Shown here piece by piece: positions 12,708 to 23,508 of a stretch of 64,000 nucleotides of DNA. The stretch spans positions 3,281,436 through 3,345,435 of the forward strand of contig CM119270.1 of assembly GCA_051294375.1 (NCBI GenBank), written 5' to 3'. Within the stretch, counting starts at the first letter, position 1. Every line of letters starts with the position of its first letter. The notes under the pieces were generated by a model that saw nothing but the letters and a program-made list of their open reading frames with translations, made no database searches and was not told the DNA's origin. The position numbers and the translations under genes were made by a program. This DNA is from Paraspadella gotoi (lineage: Eukaryota > Animalia > Chaetognatha).

Positions 12708-12917
12708 AACGAGAAGCGAGAGAGAGGGGAGTGAGAGAGAGGAGAGAGAGAGAGAGGGAGAGGAGAGGTGGAGAGAGAGAGAGAGAGGCATTTTATGACG
12801 TGTCCGTGAGTAAATTTTCTCTTCACTTAAATAAATACATTCCGCACATTATTTCTCCGCCTTCACCTCACTCCTCCTCCTCCTCCTCCTCCTCTTCTTC
12901 CTCCTTCCGCCCAACAG

Positions 12918-13086
12918 ATTCTCCTCCAAGGAGGCGGAACCGCTGGCGGCGGCGTCAACACCGTCGAGGGCGGCGTCCATCACGGAGGCGGCGGCGCCAA
13001 CAGCGAACTCGATCAAAACAATCAAAAGCTCATCTTTTTGGACAAGAGCAGCTCGGATTACGTGAGGGTGGTTAATCCCGTGTCGG
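12918..13086 (+). CDS. Pentraxin-domain protein exon (Gly linker plus start of the domain)
   Basis: aacag acceptor and gtgagt donor. ...QKLIFLDKSSSDYVRVVNPVS resembles the pentraxin first strand (CRP KAFVFPKESDTSYVSL). Phase 1 joins 13446. Confidence 0.85.
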
Positions 13087-13445
13087 GTGAGTATAAGGGA
13101 TTTTTGGGGTTTAAATCTATCTCTTTTTACCTTTACCTTATCTAACAATTTTATAATATCGACGATATTAAAATAGGCTTTAATTTGGCTCTCTTTTCTA
13201 AAAGAGCCTCTTCTTTACTTTAATATCTAGCCTAATCTATTGCCCATATCTTTATCCCTAACCTTAATCATTAATCATAACCAAAATCCCCAACCCTCAT
13301 CCCTAAACCTAATTCATCACCCAAACCCTTTTTTAAACCTAATCTTTAAACCTGAAAACTAATTCAATTTCGAATTCAAGACAAAATGCGGCGTTTTGGG
13401 AATAAAAGGCCCAAGATTTTTAATTTTCACTCTTTTTTTTTCCAG

Positions 13446-13576
13446 TTCACAATTTGAGCCAATTCACGATCGCCTTTTGGGCCAAATCGAAGACGCCTCG
13501 AATCGGAACTGTGATGAGCTACTCCCAAGGAGGAAAGGACGTCATCTTCATCGGAAACAGGGGACTTCAAGCTCAG
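13446..13576 (+). CDS. Pentraxin-domain protein exon
   Basis: ttttccag acceptor and GT donor. VHNLSQFTIAFWAKSKTPRIGTVMSYS matches the pentraxin L.AFTVC.W.KS...GT..SY motif. In frame with both neighbours. Confidence 0.9.
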
Positions 13577-14355
13577 GTTACATCCGGGGAGGCGCGGCGG
13601 AGGGGGGGGGGGTAGTTTCGTGGTTTTTAAAGATGAAAGTTTAAAATCGTCAACTCGGTTTAGCTTTAGTGATAAAAGTTCGGATTTAAACATTCTGAAC
13701 CTTTTAACAGTCGAGAGAAGATCCCAAGAAATATTATGTAAGAAAGAAACTAAAAACCTCTCTCGAATTATTTACAAATTAAGAAATTGTTTTGCTTTTT
13801 TGTCTATTTTCAAATGCCGATCCCAAAACTTTATATAGTTTAAAGCAAAGAATGTACGTAAGTCAGTCAAAAGCCGGTTTTTAGAGGAAAGCAGACGAAG
13901 ATTATGACAAGAGTCAATGTTTTTCGTTTGGAAATGACGTCGTTAAAGGAAGTTTACGGTAAAGACTTTTACGACGAAGGGAATCGCCGTTCGTGAGGAC
14001 GAAATAATCGGCAAGTGGTTTACCGCTAAAGATTTAAACAGTTATGTATGGTCTATAAAGTTAGCTTTTTTTTTATATAATTTAGTGTAAACATCCGTAC
14101 AAATTACACAACTCTTATCCTAAATATAGGCTTTATAACGGGCTTCAAAAATGCAAATGAGATTTCGAAACCATAAAAATATTCTATTCTAACAAAACGG
14201 CTAAACGGCTAAACAATAGAAATATGTAAATGTACGTAAGAAATAGTTAAGACCGGCTTTACCATCTCTCTATAATTGATCACTATCAATAAACGAAATA
14301 CAATTTTTCTTCTAAAAATAAAACTCCAACAAACTCTTTTAACATTTTTCCCCAG

Positions 14356-14584
14356 TTGACCGACCGACAAATCCTGGTGGATCTGGGCGACGTGAAGAAA
14401 GTCTCGATGCCTCACGCCATCAACGATCAGTGGCATCACTTCGCCATCACGTGGAGATCCATTTCCGGCACTTGGGTCTTTTACTTGGACGGAAATCCCG
14501 TGGACGCGGGTCAGGGCCTCCGCCCCAAACAGGACGTGCCATCTGGCGGGGTGTTTTACTTTGGGTCATCGATTCACGCGCAGG
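14356..14584 (+). CDS. Pentraxin-domain protein exon
   Basis: ccccag acceptor and gtgagg donor. NDQWHHFAITWRSISGTWVFYLDG...GLRP...VPSGGVFYFG is the pentraxin/LamG core. Confidence 0.92.
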
Positions 14585-15025
14585 GTGAGGGTGGGGGAGG
14601 TAGGGCGAAAGGGAGGAAAGGAAAGATGAGGAAGAAAACAGAGATTTTAAGAAGTAAAAACAATTCGAAAGAAAGTACAAAGTGATTCACGGGTACCGAT
14701 TTTATCCGATTTTACCAACATTTTATTAACTAGATAAGTCCTCTAAGTTTTATTTGTATTTTTAATACTGCCATGCAAGGGAAGCGGGGTAGGGCCCCCG
14801 CCCGAGGATTAGTTCCGGGTTTGAACCCGGGGCGCTCGTTGATAAACGGCGCGTTAGATCTCTGGGACAAATTTTTTTTGTTATGGAACAAAGTTGGGTA
14901 AGGCATTATTCTATCCTGCGTTACAATTCGCTAATTTTCCAACGATTAAACCTAATATTAATTAATGCTCCCACCTCTCCCCTTTTTTAAACCTTACCCC
15001 CCCTTTCCTCCTCCCCCCTTAACAG

Positions 15026-15240
15026 CTCCGGACTCTCCCATCTTTTCCGGAGCTCAAACCTTCAAAGGCGAATTAACCGGCATCAACATTTGGAAATACG
15101 CGATGGCGAAGGAAGCCGTCAGACTCATCGCCGACCCTTGCATCTCCACAATGACGAAGGGCAACGTCATTTCTTGGCCTCCGGATATGGACAACATGGG
15201 GGCGGTCTCGTTGGTCAAGGGGAGTCCGTGTTGGGATTGA
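15026..15240 (+). CDS. Pentraxin-domain protein, terminal exon (neuronal-pentraxin-like architecture)
   Basis: aacag acceptor, phase 1. FSGAQTFKGELTGINIW...C...KGNVISW...CWD* matches the pentraxin C-terminus (F...QAF.GEL...N.W...C...GN.I.W). Confidence 0.92.
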
Positions 15241-17147
15241 CGGGAGGGAGAGAGAGAGAGAGGGAGAGAGGGAGAGAGAGGGATAGTGAGAGAGATTTAT
15301 TAGCCGGAGAGTTGAAAAAGAGAGTAGTAATTAATTAATTAAATTGGGCGGGTAATGAATCTTAATAAAGGTTATCAAGTTTGTTTTATCAACTGTGTCC
15401 TTTGAGATTGTAAAATTATTGAACTTGTTTGAAAATTTTATTCGACAACATTTAACGCTATGAGGATTAAAATGATATTTAAATCTTGAGAGAGGCCTAT
15501 TTTTTGTAAGTTTAACTCAAGGCCAAAATTGTTTTTCATGGCCACGAAAGAAAACAGATTGTCGTCTTTTCGATTCCCAAAAAAACAAAAACAAAAAGAA
15601 AAGAAAAGAAAAGAAATGAAATGAAAAAGATATGGAGGAAACACAAGTTGTTTTTTTTGGTTTTTTTTTGAGAGGAAAATAGCGGAAGTGAAATGGAAAA
15701 TATTGGGGAATAAAAGGAAATCGAATTAGGAAAATTATCGGGCGAATTTTTATTAGAAGGAGGAGGACTGTGGGAGAGGAAATATGGCGAAAGGAGGAAA
15801 GGAAAGAAAGGAGGAAAAAGAAAAGGAGGAAGAAAGAGAAGAGAAAGAAAAAAGAAAACTGAGATTCGGATTTAAGATCCAGAAAGGAAAAAAAAAAAAG
15901 GGAAAATAAGAAAAGTCGGGACATTTTAAAATCATGGCAGCTCGTAATGTTATGTAACGTTAACAAATGTTATAAAATGAGCATGTTAGCTTTATACGAA
16001 GGGTTATTAGGTTGATATATGAAAATCATATTACGACGTAACATTGTAGATTCTAGAATGTTTTTTTTTTTAAATTCGTTTAATCGTTATACATATGAAA
16101 GTTTTACTGGGAAAGAAGCGCGAATAATGTAAATACAGTCGAATTCGGTTTTACCGACGCGGACCCTTTAAAATTAAGTCTTTACAGCGTCTTGCGATTT
16201 GCAGATTTATTACGAAACTCCCCCCCAAAAATAATAATTGTATTCAATAAAATGATGGCTTTCGTTTTTGACGCATCTTTTTCTTTCAAGAATGACTCAA
16301 AAAAAAAAAAAAAATGAGGCCGATGTTTCATTCTCATCATATTTTTTTGTTTTTGTTTTCAGTCGTCGTCTTTTGTCCAAATGAGGACGAGAGATCATTT
16401 TTCTATTATCACCCTTTATTGTTTCATGTTTCTCTCAAATTATCTCTCTTTGTCTGTAAAAAAAAATAAACAAACAAACAAAAACTACAAAAGCCAAAAA
16501 ATCGTTTTGTCATAAATTTTTGATCTCGTTCTGAATAAAAAAAAGTCTGTCTTAATGTTTTGGGGTTTTTTTTTTTGTTTAGAAAGAAATTTAAATGTTC
16601 CATCTTTCGAATTCTTATTAAACAAATTATAATTTAGCTTAAAAAAATATTTAAATCTATGAAAAAATTGCTGGGAAAGCTAAAAATGATTCCATCAAAA
16701 AATCTGCACTGTATTGTTCTAGTCACAGGCGGAACAATGCCAGCACAACCTGATGCGGTGATGACCGGCAGCAAGCGCCCCGTCAAATCCTAAGTGAGTA
16801 TCCAGTGGAACGGACCCGGTGGTGGAACAACCCACGGCATCAGAGTGGTCGCCCCCATTATCATAATTTTGAAAATAATAAATACTCATCAAAGACTCTA
16901 TTCAATAAACTTTTTTATCATTATCATAATTTTGAAAATAATAAATACGTTTATTTGATAGTCTTTGATGAATCCACGATAGTTTCGCTCCTACAGCCTC
17001 GTCTGTGGATCTTACTAAAATGTCAAAATTCTTTCTCGGTAGTCAATCTAAAATTTAACTTCTAACATTATGATTATCTTTAAAAAAAAAAAAACCAACA
17101 AAAGAGCAACGCGTCATATTAATCATATCGGGATTTTAATTTGAACA

Positions 17148-18986
17148 TCAAATGATTTCGTCTTCGTCGAGAAAAACTTTTGGGGAAAAAGATTCTGAAT
17201 CGAAAGGAAGAAAAGCATCCGACGCCGGTGGAGGAAAGGAGCGGGAAAGGGAGGAGGCGCTGGTGATCGAGGAATGGCGCCGATCTTGGTAGGCGTCTTT
17301 GGAATGGCGCCGATCTTGGTAGGCGTCATTGGAAAGGTGTCGGTTTTGGTAGGTGTCATTGGAAAGGCGCCGATCTTGGTAGGTATCTTTGATACGGTGT
17401 TGGTCTTTGAAGGCCTTATTGGAATGGCAAAAATCTTTGGAAGAAAAGTACCAATCTTTATGTGCATCAGAAGAAAGGTGACAAAAATCGCAGGCTTTGG
17501 AAGAGGTGCACTGATCATGTAAAAATTTATTTGAATTACGGCAATTTTTGCAGGTGTTTAAGGAAAAGTACACATCATGGTAATTCTTGTAGCTATCATA
17601 AGAAGGACGCCGATCATTGCTAGCGGAATTGGAAAGGTATCGATGTTGGTTGGCGTCATATGAACGGCGCCTCACCTCGTTGGAAAGGCGCCAATTTGGG
17701 AGGGCGTCGTCGGAAAAGCGCCTATTTCTTTCATCATCAAAGGAAAGGCGCCGGTAGTCATCCTCGAAGGAGACGCGCCGGTCAAAGATGGCGTCGGAAT
17801 CCGAGTCTTTTCGAGAAGCGCCGTTTTTCTTTCCTTCGCATTTTCCTTTTATTCTCTCTTTATCATCTTTCTTCTCTTTCCCTTTCCTTATCCTCTCTTC
17901 TCTTTTCTCCTCATCGTCTATCCTCTTCAGCAGCACCGCCCCAGTCTCAACAGCGCCGTAGTTTTCGTAAAGATGCGAAATCGGCTCCACGAGATTTCCT
18001 TCGGCGGTCGACTGCGGCGCCGACGAATCCTCGAAGAAGGAAGATAATTTTGTCGACGGAATTCTCTCGATTTCGAAGTAAGGGAGGTCGGAGTTGTCGT
18101 CGTTGTTGTTGTCGTCGTGCCTCTCCTCCTCCTCCTCCTCCTTCTGCTCCTCCTCCTTATCCTTGCATAACTCGTCTAATCGATAGTAAAAAACGGAATC
18201 TGCTGTCGATGCCGCCCCCGCCGCCTTTGACGCAGCCGCAGGCGCAATTGGCGCATCCGTATCCGCTGCTGACGAAGCCGCCGCAGCCGCAGCCGCCAAA
18301 ACTTCCAACGCAGCCTCGTCGATTTCCGGAACATGACTCGTCCGGCTGCTTTGATGCGAAGGACGATCCACCACCGGACGGGGAGTTTTTGGCAGCGGCG
18401 GCCGATCGAGGAAAATGTGAGCCAAGTTGACGCTGTTGCTGCGCAGATGACCGGCGCCGCTGCTTTCTTTTCTTCTTCCTCTCCCTCTGCCGCTGAGGGA
18501 TTCGCTCATCAGCTGCCTAACGCGGAGGGTCACTCCTTTCGACAGAGAGCAACCGTCGTTTTGATAAATCGGCGGCGACGGAGGCGGCGGCGGCGGCGGT
18601 CTCTGCCGCCGAGACGATTTCCGGCAGTTGATTTCGTCCCCTCCTTTTCCGGCAGCGTCATACATCGCCTTCGCTGCCGCCGCTGGCGATCCCTGCGGCG
18701 TCGGGACAAAGAATCCAGCGGCGCCATCAACCGGAAATAAAACGACTCCTCCATCGCAGCCGCCGACGCTGGAAACGCGCCGGATCGAGCCCGAGGGAGT
18801 CGATCGCGGCGAGGTGGCGGCTGAGGCGGAAGCGGCGGACGCGGTGGAGGCGGAAGCGCCCGCCTGATCCTCGACCCACTCTAGGACGCGATTGAAGGAA
18901 GCGATGAGATTCGCGGAGGAAGAATCGGGAGGAACTGAAGAGAGTTTGGAGGAGAGGAAGCGAAGTTCGTTGATTGGAGGAGGGGG
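17148..18986 (-). CDS. Large terminal exon of an unidentified, largely disordered protein with ~10-aa RRxS repeats
   Basis: About 1.84 kb of GC-rich open frame. The ctccag acceptor at 18987-18988 joins the 19370-19517 exon in frame. Ends ...KVFLDEDEII*. Confidence 0.75.
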   Translation of the reverse strand, partial: PPPPINELRFLSSKLSSVPPDSSSANLIASFNRVLEWVEDQAGASASTASAASASAATSPRSTPSGSIRRVSSVGGCDGGVVLFPVDGAAGFFVPTPQGSPAAAAKAMYDAAGKGGDEINCRKSSRRQRPPPPPPPSPPIYQNDGCSLSKGVTLRVRQLMSESLSGRGRGRRKESSGAGHLRSNSVNLAHIFLDRPPLPKTPRPVVDRPSHQSSRTSHVPEIDEAALEVLAAAAAAASSAADTDAPIAPAAASKAAGAASTADSVFYYRLDELCKDKEEEQKEEEEEERHDDNNNDDNSDLPYFEIERIPSTKLSSFFEDSSAPQSTAEGNLVEPISHLYENYGAVETGAVLLKRIDDEEKREERIRKGKEKKDDKERIKGKCEGKKNGASRKDSDSDAIFDRRVSFEDDYRRLSFDDERNRRFSDDALPNWRLSNEVRRRSYDANQHRYLSNSASNDRRPSYDSYKNYHDVYFSLNTCKNCRNSNKFLHDQCTSSKACDFCHLSSDAHKDWYFSSKDFCHSNKAFKDQHRIKDTYQDRRLSNDTYQNRHLSNDAYQDRRHSKDAYQDRRHSSITSASSLSRSFPPPASDAFLPFDSESFSPKVFLDEDEII

Positions 18987-19005
18987 CTGGAGTGGGGTTG
19001 GGAGG

Positions 19006-19041
<36 letters not shown>

Positions 19042-19369
19042 TGAGTCAAAGAAATTAATCAATCGAAAAATGAATAATTCATTAGACTATGAAGCAATCA
19101 ATCAATCGGTTTATCAGTCATTCATCAAATCAATCAATCAATCTATCTGTTGATCAATCAGTTAGTCATTTAGTCAATCTAGCAAACAATTAATCAATCA
19201 GTCATTCAATTAATCATTTAGACGATTAATCAATCGCTAACTTATTCAATCAATCCGTCAATCGTTATATTCAATCAATCAATTTACAACTCAATCATTA
19301 AATCAAAATGCCAATCTATCAATCAATCTGTCAATCAACCAATCAATCCTATCCATTCCATCCCGTCAC

Positions 19370-19517
19370 CGTATCCAAAGTGTCGTAGACGTTAGCCTTC
19401 GACGCCGACGAGCATCTCGTGGAGTCGTAGAAATTCTCGAAGAGTCCGACGGAAGAAAGATCGATGAAGAGTCGAGGCAGGAGCCGAACCGGGGTGGTAG
19501 CGGGCTCATGTAGTTGA
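19370..19517 (-). CDS. Upstream exon of the same disordered-protein gene
   Basis: ccgcag acceptor after a pyrimidine tract and gtgacg donor. QLHEPATTPVRLLPRLFIDLSSVGLFENFYDSTRCSSASKANVYDTLDT, ending in phase 0. Confidence 0.65.
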
Positions 19518-21574
19518 CTGCGGGGTATGCGGCTGCGGGGGGAAGGATTGGGGTAGAAGGACGGGAAAATGGGGGGGGGTGTGGGGAGGAGAGGAAAATT
19601 TGGGGAGGGGAGGGGTGAGAGATGGAGAGAAATCGGTGGGCAAGAGAAAAGAGCGAACTGAATTCAAGCGAGGATTTATCTTGATTCTTTTATTTGTAAT
19701 ACTTGTGTCCAATAATTAATTCTTAATCCCTAATACTGATAAGTAACCCTAATACATTATCCTTACTATATCACCTGTCTTTAATCTACTAACCCAGGTC
19801 CCCAATCTTGACCTAATCTCCTAATCCTTTAGAATATTGCTAACCAAATCCCCACCTTAACCCAATCTCTAACCTCTAACCTTATCTTTTAAACTTTAAA
19901 ACTTAGCTTAATTAATTTATTAATTAAAGCTGAAATGAATCTCTCTCGGAAAATATGTCCGAAAAGGCCAACCAATAAACACGGGGAACAAAAATGATAA
20001 AAGAAAATATGATACCGGATCTAAATTGACGTAGTTGCTGTCGTTTGTCTTTTTTTCTTTGGGCGAAGTTTTTTTATCCTTTCGTCTGTGAAGAAAAAAA
20101 GAAATAAGAAAATAAAAGAAGAAAATGAAAAAAAAAGGGAGTTTAACTTTTCTTTCTCTTTTTTTTCAAGTTTTTTTTATTTCTTATTTTTTTTTTTTTT
20201 GTTTTTTTTCTTTTCGAAGTCTCGACGTCTTCGAAATCTCCGGCCCGATGAGAAGAGGAATAATAACAGACGGGCGGAAATAAAGCGAAAAATGAAGGGA
20301 TTTGGTTGAAATAGGAAAAAAGGATGTGGTTGAAAAGGGAGGAAAAGGGGAAGGAGTGTGGTTGAAATAGGAAAAAAGGATGTGGTTTATATTAGAGGAA
20401 AATGACAATGAGTGTTGTTGTAATGGGTGGAAAAAGAAAAGGTTCTTCGATGAAATGGAAAAAAAAAGAAAAGAAAAAGTAATAAAGAAATTATGTAAAA
20501 TAGGAAAGCGATGTGGATAAATTTAAATGAAAAAGCGAGAAATCGCGTTACCTTAAATCAGATTAAAAAAACTAACAAATGAAAATGAAGCGGAGAGAAA
20601 GAAAAATAAAACATCGTGGAGACAAATAAAGAAAAGGGGGAAAAAAACATCTGGGGAAAGAAATGTTTGGTTCTGACGAATGACGAAATTGTAGTGACAG
20701 AAACGAATGGAAATGTAATAATAAAGACGGAAGGAAAGAAAGCGAAACGAGAGAGCGACTCGCGTCTTGTGCCATTTGCGCATGCGTGACAACGAATGTG
20801 ACGCAATTGGTTGTTTTTTTTCTCGTTTTTTTTTTTGACAATGAAATTCAATGTCTGTCAAGATTTGGTATACACGTTTTTGACGATCGTATGCAAATAT
20901 ATGACCGTTCTTATTATCTTCACTTGAGTGATCGTATTTACCTAGTATATACAATTATACATATGAAAAAAAAATCAATAACGGACTACGTTTTTAAACA
21001 AACCTGATTTTCTTAGCCTACAACGCAGTTTCCGACGGACGAATGACGAAGAAGAAGAAGGAAACGACGACAAAATGATGACGATCGTTTCAGTCGTCAA
21101 CTTTCGTCGTCGTTCATCGTCGTCGACTGTTCGTCGGCGGAGCGAGATTCCACTTGGCAAAACCTGGAGGAATGTTGGAATCGTAGGAATGAATGATGTG
21201 ATTTTGTATGTTGATTTAATTATAGTCAACATAGCTTATTTATAGCGTGGAATGGGATTGCTTTATATTGGTTCTTCCTATGTATTTGTGATGCTAAGTG
21301 CAAAGTGGCATATAATAAACTACTATTACGGTAAAGCATACCACTTCATATGAGAGGAAAGCCAGGCAAAATGAACGAGAACGTTGATTAGATCTTATGA
21401 TTTAAAGTTTGCAGGTCCTAATAGTGTAAGCTGTGACCGTGGCATCGGTAGCTCATTCACAATGGCAAAATAAAACGCTGGGGTTGATAAGAATCGTTGG
21501 AAAGTGATTAAGTGTTCATTTATTCATTTATCAATTATCAATTTATCGCCAAGATTCGTGTCGCGTTACCAGCC

Positions 21575-21930
21575 TCGGACACGTGACCGCGTGACCGACT
21601 TCGCGTTTTGCAAGTGCTTTGGGTCAGGGGACTATAACATGAGTCACGTGACCTGTCTCGCGTCATTCTAGCGCTCGGGTCACGTGACCAACACTCGTGT
21701 CAAGTCACTCCATTGGATCACGTTTTCCAAGTCCGTTGACTCCAAAGGTCACGTGACTGATGACTCGTGAAGTACCGGCCATGGGCCCGCTGGACCAGCG
21801 TTGGCGTCTCGTGATCGTTACTAAAGGCATCTGATTGGCCGAGGCATCAACGTGAACATCACTGTGACACGGACTGTCACGTGACCGGCCAAAGGGTCAC
21901 GCGATTCAGCCTCTCTCGTCACGTGTCCGC
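21575..21930. promoter_or_regulatory. Cluster of GTCACGTGAC / CACGTG E-box palindromes
   Basis: Four perfect gtcacgtgac (~21643, 21679, 21748, 21876), two further cacgtg (~21580, 21920) and near-matches within 350 bp. No long ORF here. Confidence 0.45.
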
Positions 21931-22205
21931 CAAGGATCAACGATGACCCAAAGGTTTCAGCCTCTCTCGTCACGGACCTCGTCGCAGATTTAAACGTCGT
22001 TTCTCGCGTCGGCGCGATAATATAACGATGGAGTTTATCAAGAGAGACAGAGAAGGGGGGGAGGTGATGGGGTGGGGGTTGGGGTGGCGGTGGTGGTTGG
22101 TTGGGGTGGGGGTGGAGACAGAAGAAGTTTTATTGGAGACGGAGGTGTGGTGTGTGAATGTTGTCTTGTATTTCACATTTATTATATATTATATTATATT
22201 ATATG

Positions 22206-22516
22206 AAATTGGTACAACCAATATAAAAATTATTCTTTAATTTAATAAATAAGCAATCTTGCCCCTGACTTTGGACAGGCTTTGGTGGTTTAAGGCCTCC
22301 ATCTCTCTGATAAGATAATGACATAGCAGGTCCCTGCAAGCTTTCAATCTAGACTCTCTCACAGTCTCGTTTATTCTCTTCCAGAGTACCTGGCTGTGAG
22401 AGGCTGTGAGAGAGACTAGATTAAAATCTTTGTTATTATTTTGTTAAAGGAATGAAGGACCCAAACACGACCCTTTCAAACGAATGAACAATTTTTTATG
22501 TGAGTTGTACCAATTT
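22206..22516. mobile_element. Small MITE with 13-bp TIRs
   Basis: aaattggtacaac (22206) and gttgtaccaattt (22504-22516). The left half recurs inverted at 35736-35905. Confidence 0.75.
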
Positions 22517-23000
22517 TAAAATTTTCTCTTTTATAAAAGAGATTCAAAGACGTCTTCTCGCTCTCATCAAAACGAAAGAGAAAAAAAGGAAGAGAATTTT
22601 CTTCCTCTCATCTAGAGAGACTGACTGACTGATAGGGGAGTTGGCGAAGGAGATTTATGGCCTTCCTCCGCTCGGCCTTCTCACTCCATAAAATAATCCA
22701 GCGTCGAAGCGGCGGCGGCGGCGGCGCGCGGCGACAGCGGCGGCCGCTGCGATTATTAAACGTTTAAGGAAAACACGCGATGGCGAAAATAAAACGATAA
22801 TGGACTCGAGGTTCAATAATAAACAAATAAATGTAAACAAAAAAAAACAGTCTCGCTCTCTCCGTCTCGCTCTCTATATATCTCGCGGACGCTGATGGAG
22901 AGCGAGTTATACTCGCTCGTGAAAATGGAGGGAAATGAAAATTGACTGCGTATAAGTTTGGTTTTTTTTTTGTCGATAAAAGACGACGACGACGACGACT

Positions 23001-23040
23001 ATGAAACTTTTTTTTCCAGTGGAACAGCTGCGCTACTTTG
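23001..23040 (+). CDS. Possible first coding exon (MKLFFPVEQLRYF) of an unidentified gene
   Basis: ATG at 23001 and a consensus g|gtgagt donor. Phase 1 fits the acceptor at 32541. Confidence 0.35.
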
Positions 23041-23425
23041 GTGAGTGGAGAGGAATGAGGTATCGCCTGGTATTGAGCCCGCGTGTCCGCGTGGACGTAT
23101 TAAAATTAGTAAAACCGATAATAAACTTATGTATTCGTTCAATAAAGAAGCCATCTGACTTTGGTGGGTTAAAACTTAAAAGGACTCCATCCATCGAACA
23201 AGACAGAGCTTTTTAGGAAGATTCCTTATAGTTTAGTGAATACTTTAAATGGTTTAGTCAACTTTTGATAGTAATAGTTAATAACTTAATTTAGTTAAAA
23301 CCTGGTTAAATTTGTGTCAAAGCGCTGAACGCCGACGATTTTAATGATGTAGTGACAATCGGAAACGTCTGCTCCCTCACTATCTGTTTTTCTTTTTCTC
23401 CATCCTCCTTTTTTTCCTTTCCCCT

Positions 23426-23489
<64 letters not shown>

Positions 23490-23508
23490 CTCTTCTCTCT
23501 CTCTTCTC

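Noticed and set aside
8518-12826. Long F/S/L-rich or E/R/K-rich ORFs and ORFs running through X
   Set aside because: Artefacts of CT/GA low-complexity DNA and N-gaps.
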